Below are positions 24,824-33,601 of a stretch of 64,000 bases of DNA, piece after piece. The stretch comes from an uncultured Methylomirabilota bacterium (GTDB lineage Bacteria; Methylomirabilota; Methylomirabilia; Methylomirabilales; 2-02-FULL-66-22): positions 1,120,001 to 1,184,000 of the forward strand of contig CAWJSJ010000002.1 of the NCBI GenBank assembly GCA_963845565.1. The letters run 5' to 3'. A program made the translations under genes and the position numbers. Every line of letters starts with the position of its first letter. Position 1 is the first letter of the stretch. The notes under the pieces are model-generated. The model was not told the DNA's origin and ran no database searches. It saw only the letters and a list, made by a program, of their open reading frames with translations.

Positions 24824-26067
24824 CGCAAGTCCTGGATCTGATCCTGGAGGAATGCCGGCTTCCCGACGGGACGCTCGGCGACCTCGGCTGCGCGAGTGGG
24901 CGGATCGCGGCCATCGGAAATCTCTCGGGTCGGCCGGCGGAGCGAACGCTCCGCTGTGACGGGCGGGTCGTGACGCCGGGTCTGGTCGACACGCACGTCC
25001 ATCTCGACAAGGCCCTGCTGAGCGATCGCACGCCGAGCGTCGAGGGGACGCTCCAGGAGGCTATCCGGATCACCGGCGAGGCCAAGCGCCGCTTCACCGT
25101 GGAAGACATCCGCGCCCGCGCCCGCGCCGTGCTGGACATGGCGGTGCGGCATGGCACCACGGCGATGCGGAGCCACGTCGAAGTGGATCCGATCGTCGGA
25201 CTCCAGGGGTTGGAGGCGCTCCTGCCACTCAAGGACGAGTACGCGGCGGCGCTGGATCTCCAGCTCTGCGCCTTCGCCCAGGAGGGCATCCTGCAGGCGC
25301 CGGGGACCGAGGCGCTTCTGGCGGAGGCCCTGCGCCGGGGTGCCGACGTCATCGGCGGGTGTCCGTACAACGACAGCGACGCCTTCGCGCAGATCGACAT
25401 CATCTTTCGGCTGGCCCGGGAATTCGGCGTGGACGCCGATTTTCACGTGGATTTCTTCGACGAGCCGGAGCACCTTCACCTCCGGTACATCGCCGAGCAG
25501 ACCGTCCGTCACGGCTGGCAAGGGCGCGTGGCGTTGGGCCACTGCACCGAGCTGGCCGCCTTGGCCCCACCCGACCTCGCGCCCATCGCCAACCTGCTGG
25601 CCGAGGCGGGCGTCGCCGTCATCACGCTGCCCGCCACCGACCTCTACTTGATGGGACGCAAGGACACTCACCGCGTGCGCCGGGGCCTCGCGCCCGTCAA
25701 GCGGCTGCTTGCTGCGGGCGTGACGGTGGCGGCCGCCACCAACAACGTCCGGAACGCCTTCACGCCGGTGGGGAACGCCAACTTGGCCCTGATGGGGTTC
25801 CTGCTCACCGTGGGCGCTCACATGGGTACGGTCGCCGAGCAGGCGGACGTTCTCAAGCTCCTGACGGAGAACCCGGCCCGCCTGCTGCGCCTGACCGCCT
25901 ACGGCCTCGCCATCGGCTGCCAGGCCGATCTGGTGGTCTGGGACACCCAGCGGGCAGACGAGATCGCCGCCACGCTCGCCTCACCTCGCTTCGTCGTGAA
26001 GCGCGGCCGCGTCAGCGTGGAGCACGAACGGATCGTCCGGGAACCGTGGCGCACGCTCGTGTCCTGA
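24820..26067 (+). CDS. Metal-dependent amidohydrolase, cytosine deaminase/AtzC-like
   Basis: PGLVDTHVHLDK, HGTTAMRSHVEVD, FAQEG, DFHVD, ALGHCT, GLAPVKRL, NNVRNAFTPVG. Confidence 0.87.
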   Translation: MTQVLDLILEECRLPDGTLGDLGCASGRIAAIGNLSGRPAERTLRCDGRVVTPGLVDTHVHLDKALLSDRTPSVEGTLQEAIRITGEAKRRFTVEDIRARARAVLDMAVRHGTTAMRSHVEVDPIVGLQGLEALLPLKDEYAAALDLQLCAFAQEGILQAPGTEALLAEALRRGADVIGGCPYNDSDAFAQIDIIFRLAREFGVDADFHVDFFDEPEHLHLRYIAEQTVRHGWQGRVALGHCTELAALAPPDLAPIANLLAEAGVAVITLPATDLYLMGRKDTHRVRRGLAPVKRLLAAGVTVAAATNNVRNAFTPVGNANLALMGFLLTVGAHMGTVAEQADVLKLLTENPARLLRLTAYGLAIGCQADLVVWDTQRADEIAATLASPRFVVKRGRVSVEHERIVREPWRTLVS

Positions 26068-26186
26068 GCCGGATGTTCGCGGGTGCGGTCTTGACGGATC
26101 TGCCGGCCTTTGACATCCTCACCAGGTCCACATTTCCTCGGGTGTCCAACCATCTACGTCTCTTAACGCCTTTCAGGAGGGGTGTC

Positions 26187-27182
26187 ATGCTGTTCCGTGC
26201 GTTGGCGTTGGCCTTCAGTCTGATGTTGCTGCTCCCCGCTGGGGCCATGGCGGCCGCCAAGTGGAACATGAAGTTCGGGCATGACATGCCCGAGGACTCG
26301 GCGCAGCACGTGGCGGCCTTGAAATACGCCGAACTGGTGAAGGAGCGGACCAAGGGACAGGTCGAAGTGAAGGTCTTTCCCGCCCAGCAGCTCGGCACCG
26401 ACCCCGAGATGGTGCAGCAGGCCCAGATGGGCACGCTGGAGATCGTCCTCCCGCCCACGGCCAAGATCAGCGGCTTCGCCCCGGCGCTGCAGCTCGCGGA
26501 CCTGCCGTTCTTGTTCCCGACCAAGGAGATCTGCTACCAAGTCCTGGATGGTCCGGTCGGGGACAAGCTGCTGGCCATGCTGGAGAGCAAGGGGCTGAAG
26601 GGCGTGTCCTTCTGGGAGAGCGGCTTCAAGCAGATGACCGCCAACAAGCCGATCCGGAAGCCCGAGGATTTCGCCGGCATGAAGGTGCGCGTGATGGAGA
26701 GCCCGATCCTGATCGCCCAGTACAAGCAGGTGAAGGCCAATCCGATTCCCATCGACTTCGCCGAGACCTACAACGCCCTGCAGCAAGGCGTGGTGGAGGC
26801 GCAGGAGAACCCGCTGGTCTCCATCGTCAACATGAAGTTCTACGAGGTCCAAAAGTACACCATGCTGTCGAACCACGGTTTCCTGGGGTACGCCTTCCTG
26901 TTCAGCAAGAAGGTGTATGACGGACTGCCTGCCGACATCCAGAAGATCATGCGGGACACGGCGCGCGAGCTGGCCTCCTTCGAGCGACAGGACACGGCCC
27001 GGCGCGAAGGCGGGTACGTCGAGCGGATCAAGAAGGGCGGCAGTCAGATCGTCGAGTTCACCCCGCAGGAGGTTCAGGCGTTCTCGAAGGCCTTCCTGCC
27101 GGTGCACAAGCAGTTCGAGAAAGTCGTGGGCGAGGAGCTGTTGAAGGAGGCGTACGCCCACATCGAGAAGCTCCGGAAGTAG
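26187..27182 (+). CDS. dctP: TRAP transporter substrate-binding protein
   Basis: Signal peptide; VFPAQQLG, DLPFLF, GMKVRVM, YNALQQGVVEAQENP. Confidence 0.92.
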   Translation: MLFRALALAFSLMLLLPAGAMAAAKWNMKFGHDMPEDSAQHVAALKYAELVKERTKGQVEVKVFPAQQLGTDPEMVQQAQMGTLEIVLPPTAKISGFAPALQLADLPFLFPTKEICYQVLDGPVGDKLLAMLESKGLKGVSFWESGFKQMTANKPIRKPEDFAGMKVRVMESPILIAQYKQVKANPIPIDFAETYNALQQGVVEAQENPLVSIVNMKFYEVQKYTMLSNHGFLGYAFLFSKKVYDGLPADIQKIMRDTARELASFERQDTARREGGYVERIKKGGSQIVEFTPQEVQAFSKAFLPVHKQFEKVVGEELLKEAYAHIEKLRK

Positions 27183-27196
27183 GCCGGGAGGTCTCC

Positions 27197-27704
27197 ATGC
27201 TGGATCGCGTCGCACGATTCATCGCGCGGATCGAGGACATCAGCGTCGGGGTGATCCTCCTGGGGGCGACCTTCATCCTGTTCCAGGGGGTCGTCCTCCG
27301 CTATGCGTTCAACTACTCCTTCGCCTGGACGGAGGAGGTCGTCCGGTACTCGATCGTCTGGCTGGTGTTCATCGGGGGCAGCATCGCGGCGCGGCGGGGG
27401 GCGCACATCTGCATGGACATCATCGTGGTGTACCTCCCGCCACGCGCGAAGCTGTTCATGGCGGCGCTCGCCACGGCGATCGCCTGCCTGTTCACGCTGC
27501 TCATCACGTACTACGGGGTGATCTCTGACCTGGTCCATCTGGAGCTACGACCAGCGCTCCCCGGCCGGCGAGTTTCCCATGGCTCTGGCGTTTGCGGCGG
27601 TACCCGTGGGATGCGCGCTCATGAGCATCCGGTTCTTCGTGGCGTTTTCGGCATACGCCCGGGGACGGGATCCCTTCCAGAAGCGCGCCCACCTGGAGGC
27701 CTGA
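27197..27704 (+). CDS. dctQ: TRAP small permease (frameshift near 27520)
   Basis: WTEEVVRYSIVWLVFIG...AHICMD; continues in another frame as QRSPAGEFPMALAFAAVPVG...* at 27704. Confidence 0.85.
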
Positions 27705-27707
27705 TCC

Positions 27708-28994
27708 ATGGTGACATCCCTTTTTATTCTGTTCGTCGTCCTGCTCGCCATGGCGGTCCCGATCTTCGTGGTTCTCTCGTTTTCCACGCTGGCCGCCTTT
27801 TGGATGCACTCGCCGATTCCGCTCGAAACGATCGTTCAGCGACTCTTCGCCGGCCTGGACAAATTTGCGCTGATGGCCATCCCGTTCTTCATCGTGGCCG
27901 CCAACGTGATGAGCGCGGGGGGAATGTCGCGCCGGATCATCGCGGTGGCGAACGTCCTGGTCGGGCCGTTTCCGGGCGGCCTCGCGATGGCGACGGTCGT
28001 GGCCTGCATGTTCTTCGGAGCCATCTCCGGCTCCAGCCCCGCGACCGTCGTCGCCATGGGGAGCTTGTTGTATCCGGCCCTGGTTCGAGGAGGATACGAT
28101 AAGAGCTTTGCCATCGCGCTGGTGGTGGCGTCCGGATCCATCGCGCTCATCATCCCGCCGAGCATCACCATGATCGTGTACGGGGCGGTGACCGGCGCCT
28201 CGGTGGGGGCCCTGTTTGTGTCGGGGTTCGGTGCGGGGGCCGCGTACGGTCTGGGATTCATGGGGTACAGTTACTACTACGCCAAGCGCCACAAGATCCC
28301 GTCCCTTCCGTGGCCCACCTGGGCCGAGGTGCGGGCGACGCTGGGAGACGCGAAGTGGGGCCTCGGGATGCCCATCCTGATCATCGGGGGCATCTACGGC
28401 GGGATCTTCACGCCGACCGAGGCCGCCGCCGTGGCCGCGGTGTACGCGATCGTGGTGGCGCTGTTCATCTATCGGGAGATCGGTTTCCAGGAATTCTGGG
28501 ACGTGGTGATTCAGTCCGCCGGCAGCACGGCGCAGGTGATGATCCTCCTGGCCGGAGCGTCCGTGTTCGCCTACATCCTCACCAGCGAGCGGGTGACGAT
28601 TGTCCTCACCGAGGCCATCGTCGCGTGGGGCGCCAGCCAGTTCACGGTTCTGATCCTGATCAACATCGCGCTGCTCATCGCCGGGATGCTGATCGACGGG
28701 GCGTCCATCATCCTCATCCTCGGGCCGCTCCTCTTGCCCGTGGCCCAGAAGGTGGGCGTGGACTCGCTCCACCTGGGGATCATCATGGTCGTGAACACCG
28801 CCATCGGGATGTTCACGCCTCCGTTCGGTCTGAACCTGTTCGTGGCGGGCACGGTGGATGAAGAGTGGACCATGGCCAAGATGATTCCGCCCATCCTGCC
28901 CTTCATCTGGGTGAGTCTGATCCCGCTCCTGATCGTGACCTACGTCCCGCAAGTCAGCCTGTGGCTGCCGAGGCTGATCTACGGCGTGCGCTGA
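27708..28994 (+). CDS. dctM: TRAP large permease
   Basis: AIPFFI, FGAISGSSPAT, IIPPSI, FTPTEAAA, TPPFGLNLFV. Confidence 0.93.
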   Translation: MVTSLFILFVVLLAMAVPIFVVLSFSTLAAFWMHSPIPLETIVQRLFAGLDKFALMAIPFFIVAANVMSAGGMSRRIIAVANVLVGPFPGGLAMATVVACMFFGAISGSSPATVVAMGSLLYPALVRGGYDKSFAIALVVASGSIALIIPPSITMIVYGAVTGASVGALFVSGFGAGAAYGLGFMGYSYYYAKRHKIPSLPWPTWAEVRATLGDAKWGLGMPILIIGGIYGGIFTPTEAAAVAAVYAIVVALFIYREIGFQEFWDVVIQSAGSTAQVMILLAGASVFAYILTSERVTIVLTEAIVAWGASQFTVLILINIALLIAGMLIDGASIILILGPLLLPVAQKVGVDSLHLGIIMVVNTAIGMFTPPFGLNLFVAGTVDEEWTMAKMIPPILPFIWVSLIPLLIVTYVPQVSLWLPRLIYGVR

Positions 28995-29009
28995 GTGTTC
29001 TGCGTGAAC

Positions 29010-29046
29010 GCGTCCCGCCGCCATTTTCGGAGCGGCGGCGGGACGC
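29010..29046. terminator. GC-rich hairpin after dctM
   Basis: Perfect 13-bp stem GCGTCCCGCCGCC / GGCGGCGGGACGC; no clear U-tract. Confidence 0.5.
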
Positions 29047-29168
29047 CATCGCCGCCGCTCCGCCTTTCGCTTGCTGTCCGTTCCGTTTCCTGATAGAAGC
29101 CAATTCAACGATTCCTGGATCGGGATGACGGTCTGCCCTGGCACGTGCCCGTGGAAGGAGGCGTTCCC

Positions 29169-30098
29169 ATGGCCAGCTATCCCGCGAAATACATCTGGAT
29201 GAACGGCGAGCATGTCGAGTGGCCAGACGCCAGGCTCCACGTGAACACGGTGGCCGTCTTGACGGGGGCGAATGTCTTCGAGGGTCTCCGGGCGTATTCG
29301 AATCCGGACGAGCGACAGGTGTATGTCTTCCGGCTACAAGAGCACCTTGCTCGACTGTGGCAGTCCATGAAAGTCATGCGCATGACGCCCCCGTTCACCC
29401 GGGACGAGCTGACCGCCGCGTGCACGGGCCTCGTGGCCCGGAACGGCTTTCACGAGGATGTCCAGGTCCGCCCGACCGTGTACTTCGGCGAGGGAGGCCT
29501 TTACGCATTCACCCCGGACAAGATCGCCACCGGGGCGTTCATCACTTCGACTCCCCGTCGCTGCACGCTCGACGACGAGAAGGGCATCGCCTGCTGCGTC
29601 AGCGCCTGGCGACGCATCGGCGACAACGTCATGCCGCCTCGCGTGAAGGCCGGGGCGAACTACCACCAGAGCCGTCTGGTGAATGTGCAGGCCGCCGTTG
29701 ACGGCTACGACGGCGCCATCATCCTCAACGATCGGGACAAGGTTGCGGAGGGTCCGGGGGCGTGCGTGATGATCGTGCGCGACGGCCGGCCTATCCTGCC
29801 GCCGATCACCGCCGGCGTGCTGGAGAGCATCACCCGAAATACGCTGGTCGAGCTATTCGCGGCGGAGATGAAACTGGACACGCTGGAGCGGGAGGTAGAC
29901 CGGACGGAGTTGTACCTCGCCGATGAGGTGTTTTTCTGCGGCTCGGCCTGGGAGATCACGCCGATCACCTCCGTGGACCGCTACCCGGTGGGCGACGGTA
30001 CAATCGGGCCTGTGACGCGGAAGATCCGGCACATCTATCAGGACGTCATCCGCGGCCGCATGCCGAAGTACAAACACTGGCTGACGCCGGTGTACTAA
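29169..30098 (+). CDS. ilvE: Branched-chain amino acid aminotransferase (class IV)
   Basis: VFEGLRAY, FRLQEHLARL, KAGANY, EGPGA, LESITR, ADEVFFCGS. Confidence 0.9.
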   Translation: MASYPAKYIWMNGEHVEWPDARLHVNTVAVLTGANVFEGLRAYSNPDERQVYVFRLQEHLARLWQSMKVMRMTPPFTRDELTAACTGLVARNGFHEDVQVRPTVYFGEGGLYAFTPDKIATGAFITSTPRRCTLDDEKGIACCVSAWRRIGDNVMPPRVKAGANYHQSRLVNVQAAVDGYDGAIILNDRDKVAEGPGACVMIVRDGRPILPPITAGVLESITRNTLVELFAAEMKLDTLEREVDRTELYLADEVFFCGSAWEITPITSVDRYPVGDGTIGPVTRKIRHIYQDVIRGRMPKYKHWLTPVY

Positions 30099-30253
30099 CA
30101 GGCTTCTGAAAAAGGCCCATCTACGGCGTTGCGCACTCGCGCGGCGCTGCGACGTACGCGCTAAGTACGCCTCGCACCACGCATCGCGCGCCGCCTTGTA
30201 TCTGGGCCTTTTTGAGCAGCCTGAGCAAAAATGAGTTTGTCAGTATCCTGCTA
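30096..30253. mobile_element. MITE-like non-autonomous element with nested inverted repeats
   Basis: CAGGCTTCTGAAAAAGGCCC (30099) pairs 18/20 with 30204-30223. A second outer end at 30236-30253 matches 14/18. Flanked by CTA/TA. Confidence 0.65.
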
Positions 30254-30286
30254 CGCGAGACGTCCGGTACTGACGAGGAGGGCGCG

Positions 30287-31291
30287 ATGAAACTGCCGGA
30301 TCGGATGCGATATATCGAGACCGCCGGGTCGGGGGATCCCGACGTCCTGCGCGTGGCCACGGGTCCGGTCCCCCAGCCGAAACCTGACGAGGTCCTGATC
30401 CGCGTGCTGGCGGCGGGCGTCAACCGTCCCGATGTCATGCAGCGGAAGGGCGTGTACCCGCCGCCGCCCAACGCCAGTCCGGTCATCGGCCTGGAAGTGG
30501 CAGGGGAGGTGGTCGCGGCAGGCCGGGAGGTCGCGGGAGTCAAGATCGGGGAACGCGTGTGCGCGCTGACGAACGGGGGCGGCTACGCGGAGTACTGCGT
30601 CGCCCCGGCGCCGCAATGCCTGCCGTGGCCGGCCGGGTACGACGCGTTGAGATCGGCCGCGCTGCCGGAGACGTACTTCACCGTCTGGGCGAACCTCTTC
30701 ATGATGGGTCGCCTCACCCGCGGCGAGTCCGTCCTCGTGCACGGAGGGACCAGCGGCATCGGCGTGACCGCGATTCAGCTCGCGCGGGAATTCGGGTGCA
30801 CGGTGTACGCGACCGCGGGCAGCCGGGAGAAGTGCCAGGCATGCGTGCGACTGGGCGCCGCGGCCGCGATCGCATACCGCGACGAGGATTTCGCGGAGCG
30901 TATCCGGGAGATCACGAAGGGTCGGGGCGTGGATGTGGTCCTGGACATCGTCGGTGCGCCCTACACGATGCGGAACCTCGAGTGCCTCCGGATGGACGGA
31001 CGCTTGGTCCAGGTGGCCGTGATGCACGGGGCCAAGGTGGACGGGTTCGACTTGTTCCTCGTGATGCGAAAGCGGCTCACGATCGCCGGCTCCACCATGC
31101 GGCCCCGGACCACGACGGAGAAGGGGCTCATCGCCAAGGCGTTGCGCGAGACGGTCTGGCCTGTCCTGGACGCGGGCCGGTGCGCCCCCGTCATCCACAA
31201 GGTATTCCCCCTGGCCGAAGCGGCCGCCGCCCACCGGCTGATGGAGACCAGCGCGCACATCGGCAAAATCCTGCTGAAGGTGGCCGACTGA
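30287..31291 (+). CDS. NAD(P)H-quinone oxidoreductase, PIG3/zeta-crystallin family
   Basis: AGVNRPDVMQRKGVYPPP, GLEVAG, PETYFTVWANL, HGGTSGIG, GSTMRPR, HIGKI. Confidence 0.92.
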   Translation: MKLPDRMRYIETAGSGDPDVLRVATGPVPQPKPDEVLIRVLAAGVNRPDVMQRKGVYPPPPNASPVIGLEVAGEVVAAGREVAGVKIGERVCALTNGGGYAEYCVAPAPQCLPWPAGYDALRSAALPETYFTVWANLFMMGRLTRGESVLVHGGTSGIGVTAIQLAREFGCTVYATAGSREKCQACVRLGAAAAIAYRDEDFAERIREITKGRGVDVVLDIVGAPYTMRNLECLRMDGRLVQVAVMHGAKVDGFDLFLVMRKRLTIAGSTMRPRTTTEKGLIAKALRETVWPVLDAGRCAPVIHKVFPLAEAAAAHRLMETSAHIGKILLKVAD

Positions 31292-31327
31292 GACCCGAGC
31301 CTAAAGGTGACTGAAGGCTCGATGGGT

Positions 31328-31480
31328 ATTCCGGGGACACCATGCTGACTTGAGGACCGGATCGGGGGGTGAAACCATGGCGCACATTGCCCGGGTGGCC
31401 GCCCCCGGCATCACACACCACACCAACCGGCGGGGGGCCGACGGCCTGGCAGCGGGAATGAGTATGGTGTCCCCGAATTC
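31328..31480 (+). mobile_element. RAYT-derived mini-element, copy 1
   Basis: TIRs ATTCCGGGGACACCATGCT / AGTATGGTGTCCCCGAAT; internal ATG-MAHIARVAAPGITHHTNRRG. Confidence 0.75.
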
Positions 31481-31562
31481 GGGCCGAAAAGCTGTTCGAT
31501 AAATTTCCCGGGGCCAAGATAGGAAGGAACGAGAGGAGTAGTGTCCACCTCTATTAATTCCG

Positions 31563-31591
31563 TTGACGTATATGTACGTTATGCATATACT
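31563..31591 (+). promoter_or_regulatory. sigma70 promoter with operator palindrome for brnTA (leaderless)
   Basis: TTGACG-17-TATACT with only 5 nt before the ATG; inverted repeat GTATATG...CATATAC at 31568-31590. Confidence 0.75.
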
Positions 31592-31596
31592 GTTCA

Positions 31597-31863
31597 ATGC
31601 GCTTCCAATTTGATCCAACGAAGGCAGCGAATAACCTCAGGAAGCACGGCGTGTCGTTTGCCGATGCCGAAGGCGTGTTCCTCGATCCGTTCGCGATACA
31701 CCGAGAAGATCCCGACGCCGAAGGCGAAAAGCGATTCGTCGCTGTCGGGTTGGGAAGTGCTGGGCAATCGCTCGTGGTTGTGTACGCGCTTCGCGACGAT
31801 GAGATCCGAGTGATTTCTGCGCGCCGTGCCACACGGCGAGAAGTGAGGGATTATGAAGGCTGA
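31597..31863 (+). CDS. brnT: BrnT family toxin
   Basis: MRFQFDPTKAANNLRKHGVSFADA...GEKRF...VVVY...IRVISARRAT. Confidence 0.9.
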   Translation: MRFQFDPTKAANNLRKHGVSFADAEGVFLDPFAIHREDPDAEGEKRFVAVGLGSAGQSLVVVYALRDDEIRVISARRATRREVRDYEG

Positions 31864-32155
31864 GTACGACTTCTCGAAAGGCAAGCGCGGCGCGCTGCTC
31901 TCCGCAGGGGGCAAGACGCGGATTACGATATACATCGACAATGCAATTCTTGACGAATTCCGTGCTCGTGCCGAGAAGGCGGGGACGGGCTACCAGACCA
32001 TGATGAACGACGCACTCAAGGCCTACGTGACTGGCAAGGCGGGGGAAGCGCTCACGGAATCTACCTTGCGACGAATCATCCGTGAAGTGATTCCGGCGCG
32101 TGCAAGATCGGTTCAGCGTTCGGTCGCGCGGAGCGCCAAGCGCCGCGTGGCGTAG
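31853..32155 (+). CDS. brnA: BrnA family antitoxin
   Basis: MKAEYDFSKGKRG...KTRITIYID...GYQTMMNDAL; overlaps brnT. Confidence 0.9.
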   Translation: MKAEYDFSKGKRGALLSAGGKTRITIYIDNAILDEFRARAEKAGTGYQTMMNDALKAYVTGKAGEALTESTLRRIIREVIPARARSVQRSVARSAKRRVA

Positions 32156-32184
32156 CCAGGTACGGGGAGGCGCAGGACTCCCGT

Positions 32185-32344
32185 TTTCCGGGAACACCAT
32201 GCGGATTTGAGGAGCGAACCGAGGGGGCTGCTGAAGCCATGGCGCGCATTGCCCGGGTGGTCGCCCCCGGCTTCTCGCACCACATCACGCAGCGGGGGAA
32301 CCAGCGGCACGACAGCGGAAATAAGTATGGTGTCCCCCGAATTC
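32185..32344 (+). mobile_element. RAYT-derived mini-element, copy 2
   Basis: TIRs TTTCCGGGAACACCATGC / AGTATGGTGTCCCCCGAAT; internal MARIARVVAPGFSHHITQRGNQR. Confidence 0.78.
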
Positions 32345-32439
32345 TTGAGCTTGGTCGTTTGCCTAAACGACGGAACCGCCTTTGCACATGGCGCCCAACT
32401 GTGGTAGAAATCCGTCATGACACGAGGAGCTATCAAGCC

Positions 32440-32664
32440 ATGACCAGATCGCAAGCCCTGCTGGAGGAAGTCGAGTCACTGCCTATTGACGAGCGCTTGA
32501 TGCTGGTTGACCAACTTCTTCGCTCTCTTCACGGCACCGGATCCGGAAATGATCGTAAGTGGTTGGCAGAGGCCAACAAGCGACTGCGCGATGTCAAAGC
32601 CGGCCGGGTCAAGACAATTCCTGGACGCGAAGTTCTCGCCGAGGCGAGGCGTCGTCTCAAGTGA
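32440..32664 (+). CDS. Putative addiction-module antitoxin (TIGR02574-like)
   Basis: SLPIDERLMLVDQLLRSL...WLAEANKRLRDVKAGRVKTIPGREV; RBS GAGGAG; GTGA overlap with the toxin. Confidence 0.82.
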   Translation: MTRSQALLEEVESLPIDERLMLVDQLLRSLHGTGSGNDRKWLAEANKRLRDVKAGRVKTIPGREVLAEARRRLK

Positions 32665-32957
32665 GGCGGTTTGACTTCCATCCAGAGGCAAAAGCCGAAT
32701 ACCTCGCCTCCATTGCCTACTATGACGACGAAAACATCGGTCTCGGGGCGGCGTTTGCGCAAGAAGTTGAAGATGCCATCCAGTTGATTCTCTCCTACCC
32801 TTCAGCATGGCCGACTATGGGCGGCGACGTGCGGCGGTGTATGCTCGGAAGATTTCCTTACGGGATCATCTACACCACATTCGACGAGCGCATTTTGATC
32901 ATAGCGGTCGCCCATGCAAAACGGGCACCCGGTTACTGGCAATCTCGGCAGAAATGA
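32661..32957 (+). CDS. RelE/ParE family toxin
   Basis: FHPEAKAEY...YY...GLGAAF...RRCMLGRFPYGIIY...IIAVAHAKRAPGYW. Confidence 0.88.
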   Translation: MRRFDFHPEAKAEYLASIAYYDDENIGLGAAFAQEVEDAIQLILSYPSAWPTMGGDVRRCMLGRFPYGIIYTTFDERILIIAVAHAKRAPGYWQSRQK

Positions 32958-32960
32958 AGA

Positions 32961-33031
32961 GGCGAACAACGCCATACACACGTATGGCGAGCCTGCGGCG
33001 GGTTCGCAAATCATGATGGCCGATGTTGGTC
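32961..33031 (+). other. Integron attC recombination site
   Basis: R'' GGCGAAC 3 nt after the toxin stop; GCCAT(A)CA pairs with TGATGGC leaving one extra base; central GCGAGCCTG/CGGGTTCGC stem; R' GTTGGTC. Confidence 0.7.
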
Positions 33032-33047
33032 CCCTCACCGCCTGCGT

Positions 33048-33193
33048 ATTCCAGGGATACCATACTGATTTGAGGAGCGAACCGGGGGCTGCTGAAGCCA
33101 TGGTGCGCATCGCTCCCCGCATCCCGCGCCACATCGTCCAGCGGGGAGACCGGCGGCACGGCAGCGGAAATGAGTGTGGCGTCCCCGGAATTC
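33048..33193 (+). mobile_element. RAYT-derived mini-element, copy 3
   Basis: TIRs ATTCCAGGGATACCATACT / AGTGTGGCGTCCCCGGAAT; internal MVRIAPRIPRHIVQRGDRR. Confidence 0.75.
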
Positions 33194-33601
33194 CAGGGGG
33201 CGAAGACGGAAAGAAACGAAAGAAGCTGGGTCCCCTAATATTCCCGCACGATCACGGCTAGACAGGCTGCCCCGGTGGCTTGGCTTCACCTTCAGCCTCC
33301 ACGCGACAAAAATGCCTTCGATCCAGGGCCCAGGTTCGCCCCGCTTGGGGAGCCAAGCCAGACTCGAGCTGTGCGCCTTTCCGGGTAAATAGAACGCGGG
33401 GCGCAGATACCTTTGTGGACTTCCCCGCCAATCCCCCATCCAAGATTCGCGCTGTTCAGACTCCTATCCGTTCGCTCAGTCTCAGGTGCCTACGCCACGA
33501 TACACTGGTGAGGCTAAGTCCTCGAAAACTGGGCCACCCGAATCTGGCCTGCTGGCTGCATCACCGTAGGGACAGCCGGATAGGCGGAAATGGAGGCTCT
33601 C

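Noticed and set aside
32239..32664. 141-aa RAYT-antitoxin fusion ORF
   Set aside because: The antitoxin has its own promoter-like sequence and RBS (ATG 32440), so the in-frame join with the transposase remnant is probably incidental.
31328..33193. CRISPR array interpretation of the repeats
   Set aside because: The repeats are ~150 bp, diverged and separated by ~700-bp gene modules; there are no cas genes.
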